Part shown: one piece after another, positions 50,101 through 60,600 of the stretch | Position numbering within the stretch: the stretch's first letter is position 1 | Layout: each line of letters opens with the position of its first letter | Assembly (NCBI RefSeq): GCF_964355755.1 | Contig: NC_092677.1 | Location: forward strand, 11,182,101-11,246,100 | Source: Antedon mediterranea | Taxonomy: Eukaryota; Animalia; Echinodermata | Direction of reading: 5' to 3' | Length of the DNA stretch: 64,000 nucleotides | The notes under the pieces: model-generated | Told to the model about the DNA's origin: nothing | The model's database searches: none | Seen by the model: only the letters and a program-made list of their open reading frames with translations | Made by a program: the position numbers and the translations under genes

Positions 50101-52196
50101 AATCTGCTTGTTGGCACAAACGTTGTCAGCGTTCCTGTTCCGATATTTGCGAACCATGTAAATCTCCATGTAAATGGCAATGCATTCACTTAAGATGTAC
50201 GAATTTATGCAATGAAATTTGTAATCGTAACAGGTGCAACGAACCGTGTCAAGCGAGTCTTAACTGCGGACATAGATGTTGTGGTTTGTGTGGTGAGCAA
50301 TGCCAAACTAAGTGTGTAGATTGTGATCCAGCTTCGTACTATGCGGCTAAATATCTCCCAGCTGAAGAAACTAGATTCATTTATGTGTTTTTGTATGATT
50401 GTGATCACGCAATTGAAATGGATGAAATGGATGAATATATGGATAAGGATGAAGGTATTCGATTAAAGCAATGTCTTAAATGTCGTAAGACCATACGATT
50501 CAGTCCAAGATACGGAAATGTTCTTAAAACCATAAATACAAGAATAGCTGAAATCAAGAAGAAGATGCAAAGTGAAAGATCATTAGATCGAGTGCAAGAT
50601 ATGAGGCGGAAGATTGTTTCACAATTACCATGTCTTGACACAAACGACCAAAGACGGATTCAACGAGAAATGGATTTACGCTATGGAGTTAAATATAAAC
50701 GACTGCTTGTGTTAGACATTATGATTGTAATGCTAAGAAGAGTGAACATGATTCGTGATTTAAACCAGAGCGATAATGCCACAACGTATAGTATAGATAT
50801 TGTTAAACAAGTAGAAAATATTCAGGAACGAATTAGGAATTCGAAAAACATTGCCTCTGAACAAGTTGTTGTTGATATATCCTCAGAACTACAACGGTTA
50901 AACATATGTATTCAGTTAATAAAGCTTCAGTCAGATTCGGAACATTCTGATGATATCAATGATTTGTTATCCACCCTTCTCCACCCCAAATTACCTTTGA
51001 TCGGTGAAGTTATGGAAGAGAAACTCAATCTACTTGAAAAAGATAATCAACTAAAAATGAATTCAGGAGAATCACTAGTAAGTGTAGCAAAAGGAACTGT
51101 TGACCGGTGCTTGAGCTTTTCCCACGAACGCTGGTCGACGTGTCGTTATGGTCATGTACTTCAAGTTAACGAACTAATTAAAGAATGTAAAGAATGCTCG
51201 GCTCCAGAAAAGAGTAACTATGTTTTCAAAGTGATTTTAAAATCTGAAGATGGAAAATGTTCCCAACGGCGTAGTGCCAGTGCAAATAAACAACGTCACT
51301 CACAAAAACGAAAATCTGCTGCAAATGTGACCCCAACAACCGACCCTTCTGCTAAACGACAAAGAACGGTTGTTTATTCGTCTGTTGAAAACAAAAGAGG
51401 TAGAGATCATACTCATACCAACCTGAAAGCGAAACATAAACAACGTGGGCATAGGTCTACGTTCGGATTGTGGACACTGGATTGCAGACATGTCTCTCCA
51501 TTTATGGATCAAAGAGATTTGAAGAGATATAAATGTATGAAAGATTGTCTTAGAGTATGTAAACGGGGACATGCATGTTCTCTAAAATGTTTTGAAGATT
51601 GTCCACCGTGTGAAGTCATGATTAGGAAGACACTAGAATGTCAACATAAGGCTAAGATACAGTGTGGTACAACTGGAAGCCGAGTGGATTGTAAAAAACC
51701 GTGTCAGAGGTCATTGGAGTGTAGTCATGAATGCAAGAATCTATGCTTTGAAAAATGTACATCAAAATGTTTAGAAATTACCCAAAGAGAGTTTTCTCCG
51801 TGTGGTCACAGTCTTAATGTGCAATGCTACAAAACTTTCTGTCAGGCACCATGTGAAAAGACGCTAGCATGTGGTCATGAATGTCCAAACGTTTGCGGTA
51901 ATTTCTGCGAAAACTGTAAATGCAAAAAAAGTTTCAACCACCATCATGATGATGGCAAACATATTATTTGTAAAGCACCATGTCAAAAAACATTAACGTG
52001 TGGACATCAGTGTCAACGAAAGTGTTGCGAAAAATGTATCAATTATAGTTGCACAAAAAAGGTTACAAAGACACTAATTTGTGGGCATGATAAAGAATTA
52101 CCATGTTATGTAGATTATGAACGAGTAACACGTAATACAGACGCTTTCAGAGGATGGTTAAGAAGTAAGCCAGAAATGAAATGTCTAGAATGTTAA
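44177..52196 (+). CDS. ZNFX1: ZNFX1-like paralog C (~2377 aa): intact helicase, expanded NFX1 array, degenerate RZ finger, second C-terminal NFX1 array
   Basis: Exons 44177-44385, 44926-44993 and 45340-52196 splice in frame (7134 nt). Starts MSGARPKDP like copy B; all SF1B helicase motifs intact; highly similar to B throughout. Confidence 0.9.
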
Positions 52197-52304
52197 AGAT
52201 ACACTAACATGTGAGCACACAATTACACGAATTTGTTCACAGATTGCAGTCTGCAATGAGTTTAAAGTATCGTCTTCATATTTCTTTGAATCTTTACATG
52301 TCTA

Positions 52305-52436
52305 AAAATTACAATACTACGGACATATCGCTAGACATCGGCAACAGATGGATTGACGAGGTGTAACCGCAAAGACCTTCCTGGAACAGGATCTTCAGAC
52401 ATGGAGGAATCCCATCGTTAGTACAGCTGCTCGGAC
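52305..52436 (+). mobile_element. RTE-like LINE 3' relic downstream of ZNFX1-C
   Basis: Translation KLQYYGHIARH..RWIDEV; shares CGGACATATCGCTAGACATCG with 40650-40670. Confidence 0.5.
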
Positions 52437-52966
52437 ACTCTTAAGCTCTGTCTACACTATCAAACTTTATTTAACCAAAAAATGTCATGTGCCCATATAT
52501 GGACATGATGATGTCATACAATTACCATGGTATTTGGGTATATCACGATCATATTTGAGAACATCACACTTTTTAAGTCATCTGTAAGAAGAAGAAGAAG
52601 ATGCCTGATTCAACAATTTGTTACTTAAAAAATATGATCCATTAGATTTAAAATTGTTAATAACTGTTATGTATTGAATAACAATTTTATGTTATACTTG
52701 ATGGTCTATATACTATACTATATTTGATATGGTTTTGTTTATTACAGTACAATACATACAGCACTTTATGTTATGTTATGTTATTTATTTATTATTCACA
52801 TTTTTTTTGTTTTGTTTTTGACGTTATCAAAGAACAGAAGATTTCCCTAAAAAAATATGATAATTTGATAATATAAATAAAATTATTCATTTAAATACAG
52901 TAGAAACCATCCTTCAGGACACACCCCTAATGGGAACAATTTTTAGATGCCAAAGGTGTCCCCGTA

Positions 52967-53327
52967 AGCGTGGTTCCCACTAGCGACGCAACAAAAGGAC
53001 GTAACGCAACGCAAGTTAATTGACCAATCACAAGCGATGGCTTATTCGCTTGTGATTGCTAAAGCGTGGTTCCCACTAGCGACGCAACGCAAGGACGTAA
53101 CGCAACGCAAGTGAATTGACCAATCACAAGCGATGGCTTATTCGCTTGTGATTGCTAACTGTCTATAACTTCGCTTGTCATTGGTCAACGCGCTTGCGTT
53201 GCGTTTACGTCCTTGCGTTACGCTCTAGTGGGAACCAAGCTTAACTGTCTATAACTTCGCTTGTCATTGGTTAAAACGCTTGCGTTGCGTTTACGTCCTT
53301 GCGTTACGTTCTAGTGGGAACCAAGCT
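52967..53327. mobile_element. Harbinger-like MITE containing a complete copy of itself (inner copy 53063-53241, TAA TSD)
   Basis: TIR AGC[G/T]TGGTTCCCACTAG. The inner copy is flanked by TAA (53060-53062, 53242-53244) and splits the outer copy at GATTGC-TAA-CTGTC. Confidence 0.88.
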
Positions 53328-54155
53328 TTAGTAGGTGTTCTACCAGGCTAACAAATAGCGTCATTCCTTTTAATTAGCACATTAAGTATTACAATACTTG
53401 TATCATAGATGATGAAAATAATAAATTAATTTTATTTATTCTTTAATTAGAGGGCCTCAGGTCAGCTGTAGGCCTACTGCTGTAGTATCTGTTAGAGATA
53501 CCACGGGAGATACCATTGTAAAACAAAGTTGAATAAATAAATGATAAACATAAATACATATTTGTTATTATCATATTATTATTATCATATATTTAATGAT
53601 TAATTAAAATTACTTTACTTTATTTATCATTTACCATTTTACGCTAATTTTTAGATCTATATAGATAGATTACATTCCAGTAAAATCCAATTAAATTTTG
53701 TTTCGGAACAAGTCCATATAAAGAGAAAAAAAACAAGAATACCGTAAATATTAATACGAATGAACATCTATCTATTGTTGTCCCTTTTAATATTATTGGA
53801 GTGTATCAGTGCATGCATAAAGTGGAATATCTTTATGAAACGAATGCTAGGCCGCACGTAATTAGGCCTACAGTATAGGCCTACATAGTTTTGTGTAAAT
53901 CTTTGTTGTAGGCTAAATATTTGTATAGATGGTGTTTTTGTATCTATTCTCGTGGATGTTGAAATAATATATAATTATATTAAAATAATCTATATAGTAG
54001 TAGGCCTACACCTTTTATTTATTATTGTGTTTACATACAGCTATATTACACCAATAAAATAATTAAACTTGGTAACGATGTACTGTTTGTCCCCCAAACA
54101 TAAAAAATACGTTGAATAAACCCATTTCAGAAAGTAAATTTTTGGTCGACCAAAT

Positions 54156-54184
54156 CATGGAGGTATCTTTTTTATACCTCCATG
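54156..54184. repeat. 29-bp palindrome CATGG...CCATG with degenerate 7-bp flanking duplication
   Basis: 11-bp arms CATGGAGGTAT/ATACCTCCATG; flanks ACCAAAT / GTCAAAT. Confidence 0.5.
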
Positions 54185-54469
54185 GTCAAATCGACATTAA
54201 AATTGAGACATTAAAGTGGCATATTCAATAAAAAACATAGGCATAAACATTTTTTTTCAGAGGGACAAAAAAGGGCCTATATCTTTAATGTAATTTAAAT
54301 TCAATCGAAAGACTAGTTTCTGATCATTTGGTGTCGTGTATTAGGCCTATCGACCCTTGTGTTAGTATTAGTATAATTTATCAGTGCATTTGGGCCTATT
54401 GGTACTGAACTGAATTTGAACTGGATTTCATGATAGGAATTTAATTTTGCAAGAAAAATGGTTGAAATG

Positions 54470-54545
54470 GTGAGGTGGGGAGGGGGAGGGGTTAATAATG
54501 TAGGCATATGACGTCATCATTCAAAGCATGCGCGTTAGTTTTGAC
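54470..54545 (+). promoter_or_regulatory. Putative IPO4 proximal promoter elements
   Basis: G-rich box 54473-54491, perfect CRE TGACGTCA 54509-54516 and NRF1-like GCATGCGC 54526-54533, ~140-200 bp before the ATG. Confidence 0.45.
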
Positions 54546-54669
54546 CAAGAGGTTTTCCAGACAAAAACATGTGGTAAATTTACCACACTCTCCTCTCTCT
54601 CCCCGAGTCCTAGGCTAGGTGGAGGCCTGTGTACTTATTAAAATAACAATAGCTTCGTTTTAAAACATC

Positions 54670-57600
54670 ATGTCGCAAATTACCTACGAAGAACTGCCAG
54701 GACGCTTGATGATTGTCATGCAAAATCTATTAACACCTGATAATTCAATAATTCAGCAGGTAAGAAAGAAATAAATACACATGACAGCTAGCCTAGATAG
54801 AGGCCTAGCCTACTACACTAGTAGTGCCTAGATAGACTGAGAAGGACTGGCCCTGCTCGGCTAGGCCAGAAACCCATCTCTCTGTTACATAATAAATCCG
54901 TAGACCCGGCCTAGCCTATGCTAGTTTGCATAGTTGATATTCTGTAGATGGTTAGACAAGCTGTAGGTAGGCCTAGGCGGACGTTTTATTAATAAATAAT
55001 ATTTAATATTAGTTTGGCTATTTTGAAAATTAAATTACAGAAATCAATATCAAATAACTCGTCATGAATAGAGTCTTCCGCAATGCTCAAAAGGCCGGGA
55101 TAAGTTTCACAAAATAAATTGGGAATCCCTATTCTGTATATTATCCACTCCAGGTGACACTTACTGTAACTCAACAACGTATACTGCAATAATTTGTTTT
55201 ATCAAGTAAATAAGAATACATTGCGCTTCAAATCAAGTATTTGTTTTGGATTCAAATTGTGCAAATCTTTCATTTCAAATTTCATACAACATAATCATCA
55301 TACACTCTTTTATTTTATACTACTGTAGGCAACTCAAGACCTTAGACTCTTGTTTAAACATAAGGCGTTAGTGATGGCTCTAGCTACAGTTATTTCTGCC
55401 TCCTCTGAAATTCAGGTAAGGTGATGCCACAATTCAAATTGTAATCTAAAATCTTTTATAATTAAAATGCAAAACAATCAAATTCTGAAGTCTTGGGAGA
55501 ATGAAATGTCATTTTATATGGTTTGATCTTTTAAACTAAATTATAAATTTGCCAAGTTGCATAAGCACCCCATTTCTTAGTCAAATATTTAACGTTTGTT
55601 TCCAACTCTGTATGGGTCCGCCCTAGTTGCAATTTAAATCCTTTCACATATTTGTTGTTGTTGTTTGTTATTTTTCTATCTATCATTTATCTCTCCAATA
55701 CTATTAACTGACGAATGTATTTTATGAACATTGTTGTTTAAAGATCCGTCAATTTGCAGCAGTTTTGATGCGACGCAAGATTACAAAACAGTGGAAAAAT
55801 TTACCCTCCGAGTTTCAGGCTTCGTAAGTACCGATTCTAATCATACCATACTAAAAGTATAAACTCTGTTGAACACACATGTGCGTACATTTTGGAAGGT
55901 AGATATCTGAAACGCTTTTATTTGTATATTTTACAGATTAAAAACAGCAATTTTTAGAATGATGGAAGAGGAACCAGAGTAAGTAACCTTTAGATTTTGG
56001 GGTTCACTTCATGTTTTTGATTTGACAGATTGGCATAAATGTGTATGTGTAGTTGGACTCTTGTAAACATTGGGGGCAGGTTTAAGTATTTTTCATTAAC
56101 ATTCGTTTGTTAGAAAGGCGGTCATATGCCCGTTTAGAGGTACAGTACCATGCTAATGGTTGAGTTTTGTTTGTGCTTGTTATTACTGTACATAGTATTG
56201 AAATAACACTAAATCAGGATATCAAATCATAGGTTATATATATGGGTACGTTGCCAGAAACTAACATTGTTATTGGTTGTATTGTACAGTATCACTATGG
56301 AGAAGTAGCCTGTGTTATATTATTACACAATTCACAAATGTTTTACTGGTTATCACAGAGAAATAAGAAGCCTGTTATATTATAAAGTACAATTGTTGCT
56401 CACTCGGGGTGATGTTATTTGTTTAGGCATATTGTACGTGTGGCATTGGCACAGGTTTGTGCAGCCATTGCAAAGAGAGAGCTACCTTACAACAGATGGG
56501 AACAATTTTACCAACATCTTAATGTATGTCTTAAAAGTGGTAATGTCAAAGTTCGAGAGGTAAGAAAGTTCATTGCTAAAACATGAGGTTTTTGGGTGTT
56601 CACTGGGACTTTCCTTCTTGGCAAATATACAGTAAAGCTCTGTCTACACTATCAAACTTTATGTGACAAATAAATGTTATGTGCCCCTAATGGACATGAT
56701 GATGACATATCACTACCATATTTGAGCATGTCACTACCATATTTGGGCACATCACACTTTTTTTGCCAATCTAGTTTGATAGTGTAGACAGAGCTTACCA
56801 TTCTTCAATTCAAACAACAGGGTTATGTAGACAATAGAATTATATTAAACTGTGCTATGCAACAAACCTGATTAAAAAGATCATCATGTTTTTTTTTCCT
56901 AGATTGGAACTATAGTGTTAAGTTCAGTATCAGTTTCTGCTGCAGAGTGTATGAAGCCACATTTCAAAGTTCTTTTTAATATATTCTCAGTGCTTCTGGA
57001 GGATACAGAGAGCAAGATAGTTCCCTACTACACAATCAAGTAAGTTATGAGGGACAATTCTAATTATAGAATTAAAACACAACATAAAACGGTGCTTCTG
57101 TCTGACCAAAGGTATTGTATTATGCCTAATGTTGTTTGATCGATGTTCCTTAAAATATCAAAATTTATAGTTGTAAATTCAGTTGTATGTTTGACCATAA
57201 AAGGTATTCCAATGGCCACATTTTGGTTGGTGAGCTGGACAGATAAAGGCCTTAAATAGGTGGGTGTCTTCCATGGTGTAGGAGACTTGAACATATCTAA
57301 ATATAATCATTTACATTTATAATTACCTTTCAGGGCTATGACAGTGTTAGTCACATTTATAGGATCAGATGAAGTGGTAAGTGACATTCTTTTTACTAGT
57401 CACATTTATAGGATCAGATGAAGTAGTAAGTGACATTCTTTTTACTAGTCACATTTATGTATTTAATTTATTTGGTAACATTTTTTAACCAATAGAACAT
57501 AATAAAAACAAATAGTGTTATGTACATTTGAAGATATATATAAATCCAAAGGCAAATTACTGACAAAAAATGACAATGCTGTGGGTATCAGTGGCTGGAT

Positions 57601-60600
57601 CTCAATGGAGATACAAAAAAATAAGCACTGACAAAATGACAATGCTGTGGGTATCAGTGGCTGGATCTCAATGGAGATACAAAAAAAAAGCGAAAAGCTA
57701 AATCAAAACAATAAAGTAAACAGCCAGAAAAGTTGAAGATATATATATATATATAGGATATAGCAATAAGTCGTAATCGCTGCATTTTTTTTCTTTTGTA
57801 TTGTTTATACATATATTTTGTCTCCGTCTTAGCCTTTGTTCCGAGCTTTAATACCAAAAGTTATTCTTGTTACAAAAAGCCTTTTGGTAGTGGATGAGGA
57901 CCAGGGTTGTGAAGCTATGGAGCTTTTTGATGAATTAGTCGAGTGTGAAGTCTCCGTCATTGTACCACACATCAAAGAAATTGTTTACTTCTCGTTAGAG
58001 GTAAATAAACTTGCACCGGAACATATGGTGTGCAAAAAGCAGTTAAATGTGTTTTATTGTACTGTACACAAATACAGTATACAGTCCCCTGGGGTCATTT
58101 TTGGGCCCCGACAAAGTGTCCACTGAATAGGGGTTGGCCTTAGTTGTAAAAATATTTAGCCCCACATTTGTTTCACATGAAAGTGTCCCCTTAATATGGC
58201 TTATAACCCTAACCCTGAATACAGGTTGAATACGGCTTTCCCCTGAATACAAATGTCCCAAAAAAAGGTTTTACTGTTTTCTAATCCTGGACCGACCCAC
58301 TTAGTGTAAACAAGGTTTCTAATATTATTATTATTGTATCATTTCAGGTTGCATCTAATCCAAACTTTGGTGGAAACGCTAGAGTAAAAGCTCTGTCTTT
58401 CATTACTAGTCTTGGACGCATGAAGAAGAAGGTATTTTAATTATTGTGATTGTACAGATATTTAAGCAACATTGCTATGTTACATTGTGATTGTGGATAA
58501 ATTAAGCCACAATGCTTAATGTTAGTTGATAATTTCATAAAATACAAACAATACTAAGGCATTATTACTAAAAAATGGATTGATTGATTACTAAAACATA
58601 GATAGATTGATTGATTACTAAACATTGTCTGATTGATTACTAAAACATACAGTATATTGATTGATTAAAGTTTAATAATTGTAGATGTGCTTGGTTTATT
58701 GAAGAATTTCCGTTTTGTTTTTTCAGACAATCTTAAAACAGAAGCTTGTTAGTCCAATTTTAAAATCAATATTTCCAATCATGTCTGCCACACCAGAAGA
58801 GGATGAGGAAGAAGAAATTGGTGAGGATGCTGAATCCAGCCATCCTGCATCTTATGGTGCACAGGCAAGTAGAACTGATGACCAGAATGATGATGTTAAT
58901 AGTATTATTGATGATAATTTATAGTATTGATTGACATTGACAATAGTAATGGTGATAATTGATAGTATTGATTGATATTGATAGTATTAATTATGATTGT
59001 TGATTAATTGTATTGATGTTAATAATGATTGTAATTTATAGTATTGATTGATATTTATGGTATTAATGATGGTAATTGATTGTATGGATTGATATTGATG
59101 GAATTAATAATAGTATTGATTGATGTTGATAATTTATAGCATTGATCAATGTTGATAATATTAATGATTGATTGATGTTTATGGTATCAATGATGATAAT
59201 TTATAGTATTGATTGATTGACATTGACAATAGTAATGATGGTAATTGATAGTATTGATTGATATTGATAGTATTAATGATGATTGTTGATTGATTGTATT
59301 GATGTTAATAATGATTGTAATTGATAGTATTGATTGATATTGATAGTATTAATGATGATTGTTGGTTGATTGATTGTATTGATGTTAATAATGATTGTAA
59401 TTGATAGTATTGATTGATATTGATAGTATTAATGATGATTGTTGATTGATTGTATTGATGTTAATAATGATTGTAATTGATAGTATTGATTGATATTGAT
59501 AGTATTAATGATGATTGTTGATTGATTGTATTGATGTTAATAATGATTGTAATTGATAGTATTGATTGATATTGATAGTATTAATGATGATTGTTGATTG
59601 ATTGATTGTATTGATGTTAATAATGATTGTAATTGATAGTATTGATTGATATTTATGGGATTAATGATGGTAATTGATTGTATGGATTGATATTGATGTA
59701 ATTTACCTCCGCCAAGGAGGTATATGTAATCGGTAGCGTGTGTTTGTTTGTTTGTTTGTTTGTTAGCAGGATTACTCAAAAAGTAATCACAAGATCTTTA
59801 CCAAAATGAATAGACAGATAGATATGTGGTCAAGGACCATTCCATTAAATTTTGGGACCATTTGGGACCACAGTTTAGTATACTTTTTCAGACCTGCTAG
59901 GGTTAAAAGATAGGACAGAATTTTTCAAAAGCCGACGAGCAGTCTTAAAGTACCAAGTAAACTGAAATTGCATTTTCTCGAGAACTACTTGTCCAAAAAA
60001 CTTCATTTTTGAACAAGAGGCAAGAGTTATAATTTGTGATTTGTAATTTTAAAACATAATTTGATTTAATGTGCACGTTTTTTTATGCGAGTAGTTTAAA
60101 AAACCTATTTCTTTTCAAATTCACTCGTTCGATTTTCGCGTTGCTGTTCTATTGTTAGTCAACTGAAGCTATTGTGAATTGAAAGGCTTGTTACATAACC
60201 ATGACACCAAACTCGCATACACATGCTTGTAATGAAATTAGCCTAAATCACAAACAGCATTAAGACTAAAAATATACCGTACTGACGCGGGTATAAGCCC
60301 ACCCCCCTTGAACATGAAATCACGCCAAGTTTGGGGGGTGGGCTTATACCCGAGGATCCAAAAATGCAGATCGTCAAAAACAGCACATGTACACTGTGTA
60401 TTATTCCACCATGCGAGCGAGCGCCCTCACGTGTACGACGTTGCCTCTAAATACACGAGGTGTAGAGTGTCGGAAAATTAAGCTTATACTTATAGCCTAT
60501 AGGCTAGTTCGTGTAATTTATCGTAGAATATCTTATTTTAAACATCAATTGAACAAGAATTTATCAAGCAGAAAAGCAAGTATACAATGTTCGTTAAATA

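Noticed and set aside
33618-51572. Numerous 60-127 aa antisense or alternate-frame ORFs within the ZNFX1 exons, some repeated in B and C
   Set aside because: Expected by-products of long coding exons; their recurrence simply reflects the B/C duplication.
16189-52196. Calling the large ORFs UPF1, senataxin, NFX1 or NFXL1
   Set aside because: An SF1B helicase with EEAAE followed by NFX1 fingers, a RING-like unit and an RZ finger is specific to ZNFX1; NFX1/NFXL1 lack the helicase.
26748-52196. B and C as an assembly artefact (two haplotypes in tandem)
   Set aside because: They differ by many substitutions, several in-frame indels, divergent first coding exons and different TE content, more than expected for alleles. 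Read-depth data would be the final test.
52186-52200. Programmed ribosomal frameshift at the ZNFX1-C stop
   Set aside because: No slippery heptamer or clear downstream structure; a simple 2-nt deletion explains it.
58205-58216. TAACCCTAACCC telomere-like repeat
   Set aside because: Only two units, inside a degenerate pogo-like MITE fragment.
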